DNA of 32,000 bases, from contig NC_014972.1 in the NCBI RefSeq assembly GCF_000186885.1, forward strand, positions 750,001 through 782,000, in the 5' to 3' direction. Made by a program: the position numbers and the translations under genes. Shown piece by piece: positions 1-9,117 of the stretch. This DNA comes from Desulfobulbus propionicus DSM 2032. GTDB taxonomy: Bacteria > Desulfobacterota > Desulfobulbia > Desulfobulbales > Desulfobulbaceae. A model generated the notes under the pieces. It saw only the letters and a program-made list of their open reading frames with translations. It searched no databases and had not been told where the DNA came from. Every line of letters starts with the position of its first letter. The stretch's first letter is position 1.

Positions 1-68
1 CGGGGTAAATCCGGCCGAGATGCGATGTGTAGCAGGGGATCGAAAGAGGTTCAAAAGGAGGACAGGAC

Positions 69-431
69 ATGACGCCAAACGTGAGTGTGCGCACCTACAG
101 GCCTCGCCAGCAGGCTGCTCTGAGGGAAGATCGTCAGGTGAAATCTCGCTGGAGTGTTCCATTGTCGGGTGGGGTGCGGAAATATCTTGCTATCATGGTC
201 ATTGCCGGGTTAGTGGCGGGGTTGGTCATTACCCAGTTCTTTTATGGGCAAATGATGGATATGCGAGTACAGGCGGAACAACTCCGAAGTGTAAACACTA
301 AAATCTATAACGAAAATGTCCGATTGCTGGCCTTTCGAGCCCAGTTGGCCTCCAAGAAACAAATTGTTGCCTTGGCCGGAACGAAATTGAATCTGTTTGA
401 GCCTGAAAAGGGACAGGTGCGTCGGATGTAG
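69..431 (+). CDS. ftsL: FtsL-like small single-TM division protein
   Basis: 120 aa; one hydrophobic segment (YLAIMVIAGLVAGLVITQFF) followed by a leucine/glutamine-rich coiled-coil-like segment; sits directly upstream of the ftsI-like gene; AGGAGG-like RBS just upstream. Confidence 0.7.
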   Translation: MTPNVSVRTYRPRQQAALREDRQVKSRWSVPLSGGVRKYLAIMVIAGLVAGLVITQFFYGQMMDMRVQAEQLRSVNTKIYNENVRLLAFRAQLASKKQIVALAGTKLNLFEPEKGQVRRM

Positions 432-438
432 GCGGACG

Positions 439-2256
439 ATGGCGAAAACCCTGCGATCAAAGAAAAAAAGACGATGGCTCATCCCCTTTTTTGTTATTTT
501 GCTGACAGCGGCTGGAATTGTTCTGTATAGATACCCCCCCTCCCTCCAGGATATCGGCAGGATTATACAGTCTGCTGTCGGCAAAATTTCATCTCTCTCA
601 GCGGGCCAAACGCCCGCTGAACCTGTTTTAAGAGGAACGGTTTACGATCGAAAATTCAGGGAACTGGCGGTGTCGTACCGTCTGTTTTCGTTGATTGTCA
701 ATCCGGTTGAGGTGGTTGATCGGCGTAAGGCCGCTGAAGCGCTGGCCCCCTTGGTCGGCGACAAGGTGGAGAATATCGAGCTTCGGCTGAAAACCGCGCA
801 GTATTCCATGGTGCTGTCCGATGACCTCGATGCCCGCCAGGCCGAGCAGATCGCCGCCCTCCAATTGCGCGGCGTGACCTGCAAGGCCACGGAGGCCCGT
901 TTTTATCCCGGGCATACCGCTGCCTCGCATGTGCTTGGATTCATGGGTGACGGTGTCGGTCTTGCGGGCGTGGAAGGGAAGTACGATACGGTGCTGCAGG
1001 CTGGTGGATTTCGGAAAAGCAACATACCGGACATCGATTTCCAGGGCGAGGAGAGCCTGGGGCAGAAGGAAACGGACATTGTGCTCACTCTGGACATCGA
1101 CCTCCAGAGGCAACTGGAAAACCGTTTCCGGGAACATCTTGCCGCGCAAGGGTCGGAAAAGGGCATGGGATTGCTGATCGACCCGAGCAGCGGACGTATC
1201 CTCGCGCTCGTGAATCAGCCCTCGTTCAACCCCAATTATTTCTGGAAGGCCAACGAGAGCAACCGGATCAACCGGATCTACAACCATGTGCTCGATAAGG
1301 AGCTGATCAGGCCTCTTCTCGCGCGGGCAGCGGCCATCGAGCGTGAAGGGCTGGATGGGCCGGGGATACTGCCGGCCACCGTGGCTGCGCCGGATTATGG
1401 GTTCACCCCGGAACAGCTCGATGCCTTTGAGCAACAAATCCAGCTGTATGGTTCGGTGTTCGGCAACTGGGAGTCCGGACCGGCAGCGCAGGAGCGGACC
1501 GGCGCGCAACCGGTGGTTACCGGTGTTCAAGTGGGAGTGACCCTGGCGAGCCTGGTCAACGGTGGTTGGCGAATTACGCCCTATGTGGTCGATTCCATCT
1601 ACGATCATGCGACGATGAAACGCTACTCCCGCAGTAACGAGGCCACGGAGAAGATCCATGTGCTCGACCCGGCGCTGGGGGTCAAGATTCGCCGGGAACT
1701 GTTTGCCAACTGGCTGTTGGAGCAGGAAAATCTGGTCGTGTTTACTGCGGATCATGTGCAAATCCAGCCGGACAAGGACCAATACAGCCGCTATTCCATG
1801 CAGGATCTGTTCGTCGGACTGGCGCCGGCCAAGCAGCCAAAGTTTCTTTTGTTGATGGCCGTCGAGCAGGATCACCTGCTGCCTGTGGCGCAGCGGAAAG
1901 ACAATGAAAATGGGGTGTTGGAACTCATGGGTAAGGAGCTGCTCGCGGCTTTGGCCAAGGTGCCGCCGCCAGATGCCTTGCCGGAAAAACCTCCGGAAAA
2001 AAGCGAGGAAAATCTTCGCCAGTTTTTCATCAGCAAACGTCTTAATTTCAGAAATGCGCCAGGAAAAGCCAACGAACCGATTCCTCGCATGCCGCAATTG
2101 CGGGGCATGAGCCTGCGCAAAGGATTGCAGCAGATCGACAAATACAAGATGACGGTGAGGGTCAACGGCAGTGGACGGATCATCGCCCAGTATCCTCTTC
2201 CAGGACAACCTCTGACTGGGGTGGACGAATGTATTCTGACCCTGGACTCCAAATAG
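439..2256 (+). CDS. FtsI/PBP3-like protein with C-terminal PASTA-like region; transpeptidase catalytic motifs degenerate or absent
   Basis: N-terminal TM, pedestal motifs (RGTVYDRKFRELAVS, RFYPGHTAASHVLGFMGDGVGLAGVEGKYD), ILALVNQPSFNPN, LVNGG, DLFVGLAPAKQPKFLLLMAVE; C-terminal MPQLRGMSLRKGLQQI PASTA-like; dcw position. The expected STFKP is ELIRP; no SxN or KTG. ORF track start is 397; ATG at 439 is a likely alternative. Confidence 0.85.
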   Translation: MAKTLRSKKKRRWLIPFFVILLTAAGIVLYRYPPSLQDIGRIIQSAVGKISSLSAGQTPAEPVLRGTVYDRKFRELAVSYRLFSLIVNPVEVVDRRKAAEALAPLVGDKVENIELRLKTAQYSMVLSDDLDARQAEQIAALQLRGVTCKATEARFYPGHTAASHVLGFMGDGVGLAGVEGKYDTVLQAGGFRKSNIPDIDFQGEESLGQKETDIVLTLDIDLQRQLENRFREHLAAQGSEKGMGLLIDPSSGRILALVNQPSFNPNYFWKANESNRINRIYNHVLDKELIRPLLARAAAIEREGLDGPGILPATVAAPDYGFTPEQLDAFEQQIQLYGSVFGNWESGPAAQERTGAQPVVTGVQVGVTLASLVNGGWRITPYVVDSIYDHATMKRYSRSNEATEKIHVLDPALGVKIRRELFANWLLEQENLVVFTADHVQIQPDKDQYSRYSMQDLFVGLAPAKQPKFLLLMAVEQDHLLPVAQRKDNENGVLELMGKELLAALAKVPPPDALPEKPPEKSEENLRQFFISKRLNFRNAPGKANEPIPRMPQLRGMSLRKGLQQIDKYKMTVRVNGSGRIIAQYPLPGQPLTGVDECILTLDSK

Positions 2257-2269
2257 TCGGCGGGCGGTT

Positions 2270-5200
2270 ATGATCACCTTGGCAAAACTTGTGCAGGCCA
2301 TCGCCCCTGGGGCGAACCGGCGGCTTTCGGGAACCGTGCTCGCACAGCCTGTGACGGCGATCACCTCGGATTCACGGCAGGTCGTTCCGGGAAGCCTCTT
2401 TGTCGCCGTTCGTGGAGTAAAGACGGATGGCCGCCGCTATATTCCGGAGGCGATCGGCAAAGGGTGTCTGGCTGTGGTGGTCGATGTCGATGAGGGGGTT
2501 GATGAGTGGAATGTTCCGGTGCTCCTGGTCGACGATTGTCCAGCCGCGCTTGGTGAACTGGCCGCTGCGTGGAACGGTTATCCGGCCAGCCAGATGCAAT
2601 TGGTGGCCATCACCGGCACCAATGGCAAGACCACCTGTTCGTGGCTGATCGAGGAGATGCTGGTCGCCTCCGGCTTCCGCCCCGGAGTGATTGGAACGGT
2701 CAACTACCGCTATCACGGTGCCGACGGCCTCCATATCATCCAGGACGCCCCCCTGACCACCCCCGATCCGGTGACCTTGCAGGGATTGCTTCGCACCATG
2801 GCCGACAACGGTGTGACGCATGTGATCATGGAGGTTTCCTCACACGCCCTGCAACAGCAGCGTCTGGGCTCGACCCGCTTCGATGTGGCCTTGTTCACCA
2901 ACCTTAGCCGTGACCATCTCGATTATCACCAGTCGATGGAGGTCTATTTCGAGGCAAAGAAACAGCTCTTTCATAAGCATCTCAAGGAGCAAGGCGTAGC
3001 GGTGGTGGTGCTGGGGCCACAGGCGGAGGGGTGCGACTGGGGCGGCCTGCTGACGGCGTCACTGCCGGCGGAGCAGGTCATTCGCTGCGGTTTGCATGGT
3101 TCGTGCGAAGTGAGCGCGCATCAATTGACCCAGACCATGGAGGGGTTTCGGTGCTGCTTGCATCTGCGGGGCGCGGAGGTGAACTTTGCTTCGCCGTTGA
3201 CCGGGGAATACAATGTGCTCAATGTGCTGGCTGCGGCGGGCGTTGGACTGGGGTTGGGCCTGGTGCCGGATCGGTTTCTTGAGGGATTGGCCAGGGTGGG
3301 GCGGGTACCCGGCCGCCTGGAACGGGTTCGATTACCTGGTGAGCAGATAGGATCGGGGCCCGCTGTGTTTGTCGATTATGCCCATACTCCGGATGCCTTG
3401 GACAATGTGTTGCGCAATCTGAAAAAACTGACCACCGGACGTTTGCTTTGCGTTTTCGGTTGCGGCGGCGACCGTGATCGCGGCAAGCGGCCATTGATGG
3501 GCAGGGTTGCGGCCCAGTTGGCCGACGCGGTTGTCGTGACCTCCGACAATCCACGCACCGAGGCGCCGGAGGCCATCATCGACGAGATCGTTGCCGGTGT
3601 GGAGGCCGGCGGCAAGTCTAGGACCGACGCTTGGGCGTTGCTGAACGCTGCACAGCCGGTTGATGGTTACACCGTGATTGCCGATCGCAGGTGTGCCATA
3701 ACAGCGGCGTGCAGCCTTGCCGCTCCCGGTGACAGCGTCCTGCTCGCCGGCAAGGGGCATGAAACCTACCAGATCATCGGCACGGAAAAGCATTTTTTTG
3801 ATGATCGCCAGGAAGCGACCAACGGCCTGCTGCACTGGAACGAGCGCCATCTGCTTGCCGCCACGAGCGGCAAGGTTGCCGGCGGCACGCTCTGTCGTGT
3901 ATTGGCCTCGGTGTGCACCGATTCCCGCCAGCTGCGACCAGGAGATATTTTCGTGGCGCTCAAGGGAGAGGCCTTTGACGGGCACCAGTATATCGAAGCC
4001 GCTGCCGAACAGAGGGCCGGCGCCATTGTCGCCGAGTGGATGCCGCCACGCATGCGTCCGGAGGTTCTGTATATCGAGGTCAAAGACAGTCTGCGCGCCT
4101 TGGGCGATCTGGCAGCCTACCGACGTCGATTGCTGAACGGCACGATCAAGGTGGCGGCCATCACCGGCAGTTCGGGGAAAACCACGGTCAAGGAAATGGT
4201 GGCCAGCATCTTTGCCGAGGCGTTGCAGGGCAGCCGCACCGGAATGGACGCCGTTCTTAAAACCAGAGGCAACTTCAACAATCTGGTCGGACTGCCTCTG
4301 TCGCTGCTGCCGCTGGAGGCCGGTCACCGGCTCGCGGTGGTGGAGATGGGGATGAATGTTCCCGGCGAGATTGCCCGGCTGGTGGCCATCGCTGATCCGG
4401 ATATCGGCTGCATCAACAACGTTCACCCAGCCCATCTCCAGGGACTGGGCAGTCTTGCCGGAGTGGCTGCGGCCAAGGGAGAGCTCTTCGCCGGCATGCG
4501 GCCCGAAGCGGTGCGGGTAGTCAACCTCGATGATCCCCATGTCCGGGCGCAGGCCAAAAAATTTGCTGGCGAACAGATTGGTTTTGCGGTAACTCCTTCC
4601 GGCCGCAAATTTGGACCACAGGTCCGGGCCACCCGCCCGGACAATCTGGGTGAACAGGGCATGCGCTTTACCCTGCACATCGAAGGGTGGCGGGCGCGCG
4701 TGACCGTGCCGGTCTTTGGCGCCCACAATGTCAGCAACTGCGTCGCCGCCGCGGCCATCGCCCATGCCGCAGGTATCGGACCCGAGGTCATTGCCCAGGG
4801 CCTCCAGCGGTATGCTCCGTCGGTGGACAAGCGATTGGCGGTCACCGAACTGCCGGGAGGGCTGAAGGTCGTCAACGACGCCTACAATGCCAATCCCGCC
4901 TCGATGGCTGCGGGGTTGCGCACCGTGGCCGCCTTCGGCCACAGGGGATGCCGGCATCTGGCCGCTCTGGGCGACATGCTCGAGCTGGGTGCCGCTTCCG
5001 AAGATCTGCACGCCGGGATAGGCGCCCTGGTGGCGAGCTTGGGGTATGATTTTCTGGCCTTGACCGGGATGCAGGCGACCGTGATGGCGCGAGCCGCGAG
5101 CGCCGCGGGTATGAAGGAGGAAAACATCCGGGTGTTTGCCAATCCCCGCGCCATGGCCGACTGGATCTATCCGATGCTGGCCCGAGGGGACCTGGCCGCC

Positions 5201-5305
5201 GGCGACTGGCTGTTGATCAAGGGGTCGCGCGGCATGCGCATGGAGCAGCTCCTCGATGAACTGGAGCAACGCTTGAATAATTCAAAGAAAAACGTAACGG
5301 AATAA
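2270..5305 (+). CDS. murE-murF: Fused UDP-MurNAc-tripeptide synthetase (MurE) / MurF ligase
   Basis: 1011 aa; N half has AITGTNGKTT, VDYAHTPDALDNVL, DNPRTEAP (meso-DAP type MurE signature); C half has AITGSSGKTTVKEM, AVVEMGMNVPGEI, NDAYNANPASM (MurF). Confidence 0.93.
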   Translation: MITLAKLVQAIAPGANRRLSGTVLAQPVTAITSDSRQVVPGSLFVAVRGVKTDGRRYIPEAIGKGCLAVVVDVDEGVDEWNVPVLLVDDCPAALGELAAAWNGYPASQMQLVAITGTNGKTTCSWLIEEMLVASGFRPGVIGTVNYRYHGADGLHIIQDAPLTTPDPVTLQGLLRTMADNGVTHVIMEVSSHALQQQRLGSTRFDVALFTNLSRDHLDYHQSMEVYFEAKKQLFHKHLKEQGVAVVVLGPQAEGCDWGGLLTASLPAEQVIRCGLHGSCEVSAHQLTQTMEGFRCCLHLRGAEVNFASPLTGEYNVLNVLAAAGVGLGLGLVPDRFLEGLARVGRVPGRLERVRLPGEQIGSGPAVFVDYAHTPDALDNVLRNLKKLTTGRLLCVFGCGGDRDRGKRPLMGRVAAQLADAVVVTSDNPRTEAPEAIIDEIVAGVEAGGKSRTDAWALLNAAQPVDGYTVIADRRCAITAACSLAAPGDSVLLAGKGHETYQIIGTEKHFFDDRQEATNGLLHWNERHLLAATSGKVAGGTLCRVLASVCTDSRQLRPGDIFVALKGEAFDGHQYIEAAAEQRAGAIVAEWMPPRMRPEVLYIEVKDSLRALGDLAAYRRRLLNGTIKVAAITGSSGKTTVKEMVASIFAEALQGSRTGMDAVLKTRGNFNNLVGLPLSLLPLEAGHRLAVVEMGMNVPGEIARLVAIADPDIGCINNVHPAHLQGLGSLAGVAAAKGELFAGMRPEAVRVVNLDDPHVRAQAKKFAGEQIGFAVTPSGRKFGPQVRATRPDNLGEQGMRFTLHIEGWRARVTVPVFGAHNVSNCVAAAAIAHAAGIGPEVIAQGLQRYAPSVDKRLAVTELPGGLKVVNDAYNANPASMAAGLRTVAAFGHRGCRHLAALGDMLELGAASEDLHAGIGALVASLGYDFLALTGMQATVMARAASAAGMKEENIRVFANPRAMADWIYPMLARGDLAAGDWLLIKGSRGMRMEQLLDELEQRLNNSKKNVTE

Positions 5306-6384
5306 TGTTCTATAATTTCCTCTACCCCTTTCACACCGAGCTGAGCTGGCTCAACGTTTTCCGTTACATCACCTTTCGCTCCATCGGCTGCGCGGTGACC
5401 GCCTTTCTGCTGGTGGTGATCATCGGTCCGCGATTCATCGCCTGGCTACAGAAAAAACAGATCGGCCAAGTCATCCGCGACGATGGTCCGGAGACGCATT
5501 TCTCCAAGAAAGGGGTACCAACCATGGGCGGGGTGCTGATCCTTTTTGCCGTGACCGCCTCCTCCTTGCTGTGGACCGACCTGCGGAGTGGCCTAGTCTG
5601 GTTGCTGATCGGTATCAGCTTGTTTTTCGGGTTGATTGGCTCGATGGATGACATCAAGAAGATCCGCAAGGGAAATTCGCGCGGGTTGAGTCCCAGGGAG
5701 AAATTGGCCCTGCAGGTGCTCGGGGCCGCGGTGGTGGGGATATTTCTCCTGCTGACGCCCGGCTACGACGGCATTCTCAGCATCCCGTTCATTAAGTCCT
5801 ATCAACCGGATCTGGGCTGGTGGTACCTGCCCTTTGCGGTGCTGGTGATTGTCGGTGCTTCCAACGCGGTCAATCTCACCGATGGATTGGACGGTTTGGC
5901 CGCCGGTCCCATCGTCATCACCGCCTCGACCTATTTGATTTTTTCCTATGTGGCCGGCAACGCGGTCGTGGCCAGCTATCTGCAAATTCCCTATGTTCCC
6001 GGAGCCGGCGAAGTGACCATTTTCTGCGGGGCCATGGTTGGCGCTTGCCTCGGATTTCTGTGGTTCAACTGCTACCCGGCGGAGATTTTCATGGGCGATG
6101 TCGGCTCCCTGTCCCTGGGGGGCACCTTGGGGGTTGTGTCGATCATCACCAAGCAGGAATTCCTGTTGGTGATTGTCGGGGGTATTTTTGTCATGGAGGC
6201 GATTTCGGTCATCCTCCAAGTGGGCTATTTCAAGATGACCGGCGGTCGGCGAATTTTTCTCATGGCGCCCTTTCATCACCATTTCGAAAAAAAGGGCTGG
6301 CTGGAACCCAAGGTGGTGGTCCGTTTTTGGATCGTATCCATCATTCTTGGCCTTATTGCGCTGGCAACCTTAAAGCTGAGATAA
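5305..6384 (+). CDS. mraY: Phospho-N-acetylmuramoyl-pentapeptide transferase
   Basis: 359 aa; multi-TM; KKGVPTMGG, GSMDDIKKI, NLTDGLDGLA, APFHHHFEKKGW motifs; start overlaps the murEF stop (TAATG). Confidence 0.97.
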   Translation: MFYNFLYPFHTELSWLNVFRYITFRSIGCAVTAFLLVVIIGPRFIAWLQKKQIGQVIRDDGPETHFSKKGVPTMGGVLILFAVTASSLLWTDLRSGLVWLLIGISLFFGLIGSMDDIKKIRKGNSRGLSPREKLALQVLGAAVVGIFLLLTPGYDGILSIPFIKSYQPDLGWWYLPFAVLVIVGASNAVNLTDGLDGLAAGPIVITASTYLIFSYVAGNAVVASYLQIPYVPGAGEVTIFCGAMVGACLGFLWFNCYPAEIFMGDVGSLSLGGTLGVVSIITKQEFLLVIVGGIFVMEAISVILQVGYFKMTGGRRIFLMAPFHHHFEKKGWLEPKVVVRFWIVSIILGLIALATLKLR

Positions 6385-6387
6385 ATC

Positions 6388-7764
6388 GTGCAGATATCAA
6401 GAGGGACACAGGCAGTGGTGATCGGATTGGGGGCAGCCGGGCTGTCCACGGTCCGTTATCTGGTGAATCGGGGGGTGCGGGTACGGGTTTCCGATCGCCG
6501 CGCCGTGGAACAGATCCCCCCAGATACCTTGGCATTCCTCAAGCAGGCGGAGGTGGCGCTGGAAACTGGGGGACATACCGCCGCTTTTCTTGCCGGTGCG
6601 GACATGGTCATTCCCGGACCCGGCGTGCCGCTTGACCTGCCTGTATTGCAGGCCGCCCGGAAACAGGGACTGCCGGTGCTTGGCGAGCTCGCCCTCGCCG
6701 CGGGCCAGTATGCGGTTCCGGTGATCGCGGTCACCGGTTCCAACGGCAAGACCACTGTCACCAGTCTAATCGGTGAGCTGTTGCGGGCTTCGGGAAAAAA
6801 CCCCTTTGTTGGCGGCAACATAGGTACTCCCTTGCTCGACTATTTCGCCGATCCGCAGGGGTATGATGCGGTGGTGCTCGAACTGTCCAGTTTCCAGCTC
6901 GATCTGGCCGGCGCCTTCCGGCCCGATATCGGCCTGCTGCTCAATATCTCCCCTGATCATCTGGATCGCCATGGATCGTTGGAGGCCTACACCCTGGCCA
7001 AGCAGAATCTCTTTCGCCACCAGCAACTGGGCGACCGCGCCATCCTCGGCGCGGACGACCCTGTCGCCGCCGCAACACCACTGAATCCAGAGGTTGGCCG
7101 CTTCACCTTTGGCCGCGCCGAAGGATGCACGGCGCGCATTGCCGACGGACGGATTCTTCTCACCTTGATGGCCGGCGCCCTGTCCGGGAAAACCGAGTAT
7201 GTGCTCAGCGGTACTACACTCCACTCCTCGGTCAATCAGTTGAATGCCGCTGCGGCCATCCTGGCCGTTACCCTGGCCGGTTGCGAACAGGCCGGTATCG
7301 CCGAAGGGTTGAGACGTTTTGTGCCTCCACCCCACCGCATGGCCGAGGTCGCGACCATTGACGGCGTGCGGTTCATCAATGATTCCAAGGCGACCAATAT
7401 CGGGGCCCTGGAGGCTGCGCTGGCTGGTTGTGAGTCGCCTGTCGTGCTCATCGCCGGCGGTCGGGACAAGGGAAGTGATTACAGCTTGTTGCGTGAAGTG
7501 GTCGGGCGGAAGGTCAAGCATCTGGTGCTGGTGGGCGAGGCGGCTGGCCTGATGCGGGCCGCCCTGGGTTCGCTGGTTCCCACGGAAGCGGCGACCACCA
7601 TGGAGGATGCGGTGCGCAGAGCTATGACGGCGGCGGCCAGCGGCGATTTGGTGTTGCTGGCACCCGGATGTGCCAGTTTCGACATGTTTTCCGGGTACGA
7701 CGAGCGCGGCCGGGTGTTCGCCGAATGCGTCCACCAGATTGGCCAGGAACGGTTGGAGGCTTGA
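6388..7764 (+). CDS. murD: UDP-N-acetylmuramoylalanine--D-glutamate ligase
   Basis: 458 aa; GLGAAGLSTVRYL, VTGSNGKTTVTSL, NISPDHLDRHGS, FINDSKATN, GGRDKG; GTG start at 6388. Confidence 0.95.
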   Translation: MQISRGTQAVVIGLGAAGLSTVRYLVNRGVRVRVSDRRAVEQIPPDTLAFLKQAEVALETGGHTAAFLAGADMVIPGPGVPLDLPVLQAARKQGLPVLGELALAAGQYAVPVIAVTGSNGKTTVTSLIGELLRASGKNPFVGGNIGTPLLDYFADPQGYDAVVLELSSFQLDLAGAFRPDIGLLLNISPDHLDRHGSLEAYTLAKQNLFRHQQLGDRAILGADDPVAAATPLNPEVGRFTFGRAEGCTARIADGRILLTLMAGALSGKTEYVLSGTTLHSSVNQLNAAAAILAVTLAGCEQAGIAEGLRRFVPPPHRMAEVATIDGVRFINDSKATNIGALEAALAGCESPVVLIAGGRDKGSDYSLLREVVGRKVKHLVLVGEAAGLMRAALGSLVPTEAATTMEDAVRRAMTAAASGDLVLLAPGCASFDMFSGYDERGRVFAECVHQIGQERLEA

Positions 7765-7765
7765 G

Positions 7766-8002
7766 ATGGCCCTGATTCGTATGTGCTGTGTCTGTCACAG
7801 GGTGGAGCAGGAGGGCGGTTGGCGGCAGGTTTCCGAGCTGTCAGTGGACGCTGTGGTTTCCCATGGCTACTGTCCCGACTGTTTTGCCGAAGTCATGATG
7901 GAAATACGAGCGGCCATCGGTAATCGAGTGGTTCAGACGTTGCGGCCCGTGCACGATCCGGGTTGGTCTCGTTTGGCTGGGCGAAGGACCCCATGCGTTT
8001 GA
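7766..8002 (+). CDS. Small Cys4 (CxxC...CxxC) putative zinc-ribbon-like protein
   Basis: 78 aa from ATG 7766: MALIRMCCVCHRVEQEGGWRQVSELSVDAVVSHGYCPDCFAE...; starts 1 nt after the murD stop and overlaps murG by 10 nt. Resembles the C-x2-C...W...SHG-x-CP-x-C module often seen at the C terminus of PAS/receiver signalling proteins. Confidence 0.65.
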   Translation: MALIRMCCVCHRVEQEGGWRQVSELSVDAVVSHGYCPDCFAEVMMEIRAAIGNRVVQTLRPVHDPGWSRLAGRRTPCV

Positions 8003-9087
8003 TCGTTGCCGGCGGCGGAACCGGCGGGCATCTCTTCCCCGGCATTGCCGTGGCTACCGCCATGCGGGAACGGGTTGCGGCCACTCGGGTGCTGTTCATC
8101 GGTACCTCGCGCCTGCTTGATCAGCAAGCCTTGGCTGGTTGTGGCTTTGAGCTGGCTGGGCTGCAATGCGGCGGAGTCAAGGGCCTTGGAACGATGCAAC
8201 GGCTTCGCAGCCTGTTACGTATGCCTGGGGCCGTGCTGGAGGCGATGCGGATGCTGCGGCAATTCAATCCGGATCTCGTTTTTGGCGTGGGCGGCTATGT
8301 GACGGGTCCGGTGTTGCTGGCCGCGCGGATGTTGGGGGTGCCGATCGCCATTCATGAGCAGAATTCGGTTCCGGGCATGGCTAATCGGTTGGCCGGTCGG
8401 CTGGCGGACAAAGTGTTTATTTCCCTGCCTTGCGTTCCCCCTTTTCCGCCGGCGAAGACCGTGCGCACTGGAAATCCGGTGCGCAGGGAGATCCTCGCTG
8501 CCGCCTCTGAAAAAACGCCTTGGCCTGAGCGGTCAACCACCCTTCTGGTGTTGGGCGGCAGCCAGGGGGCGCACCGGGTCAACCTGTTAGTGATGGAGGC
8601 CATGGAGCAGCTGGCCAGGCAGGGGAGAGCGTTGCACCTGATTCATCAAACAGGGGGGGCCGATGAAGAACAGGTGCGCACCTGTTACCACAAACTGGGC
8701 ATTGATGCCGAGGTGACGGCCTTTATCCGTGACATGGCCAGTGTCTATGCCCGAGCCGACCTGGTGGTATCCCGAGCCGGCGCCACCACCCTGGCCGAAT
8801 TGGCGGTCATGGGGCTGCCGGCGCTGTTGATCCCCTATCCGTACGCCGCCGATGATCACCAGGCAACCAATGCGGAATATTATGTAAAAGGCAGTGGTTG
8901 CAGGATGTTGCGTGAATCAGGATTGACCGGTGAAATTCTTGCCCGATCGATCAGCGAATACTTGCAGAACCCGGAAGAGTTACATACAATGTCGGCCAAC
9001 ATGAAGACCATGGCAATGCCGGATGCGACCAACCGGATCGTGGATGAATGTTTGCAGCTTGCTACCCGAAAGGGGTGGCATGGATGA
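7993..9087 (+). CDS. murG: UDP-N-acetylglucosamine--N-acetylmuramyl-(pentapeptide) transferase
   Basis: MRLIVAGGGTGGHLFPGIAVA, GVGGYVTGPVLLAA, HEQNSVPGMANR, LLVLGGSQGA, SRAGATTLAEL, PYPYAADDHQ; AAGGA RBS before ATG 7993 (track start 7963). Confidence 0.95.
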   Translation: MRLIVAGGGTGGHLFPGIAVATAMRERVAATRVLFIGTSRLLDQQALAGCGFELAGLQCGGVKGLGTMQRLRSLLRMPGAVLEAMRMLRQFNPDLVFGVGGYVTGPVLLAARMLGVPIAIHEQNSVPGMANRLAGRLADKVFISLPCVPPFPPAKTVRTGNPVRREILAAASEKTPWPERSTTLLVLGGSQGAHRVNLLVMEAMEQLARQGRALHLIHQTGGADEEQVRTCYHKLGIDAEVTAFIRDMASVYARADLVVSRAGATTLAELAVMGLPALLIPYPYAADDHQATNAEYYVKGSGCRMLRESGLTGEILARSISEYLQNPEELHTMSANMKTMAMPDATNRIVDECLQLATRKGWHG

Positions 9088-9117
9088 ACCCCGACGACTT
9101 CGACAGCAGGCGCCTTC

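Noticed and set aside
1-68. Possible C-terminal tail of rsmH/mraW upstream of ftsL
   Set aside because: Only a few codons could be present (a TAA lies at 6-8 in one frame) and none shows a recognisable RsmH ending; not supportable from this window.
3332-5269. 645-aa ORF on the minus strand antisense to murE-murF
   Set aside because: Shadow ORF in GC-rich coding sequence; repetitive His/Gln/Arg-rich composition with no recognisable domain, while the plus strand has clear Mur ligase motifs.
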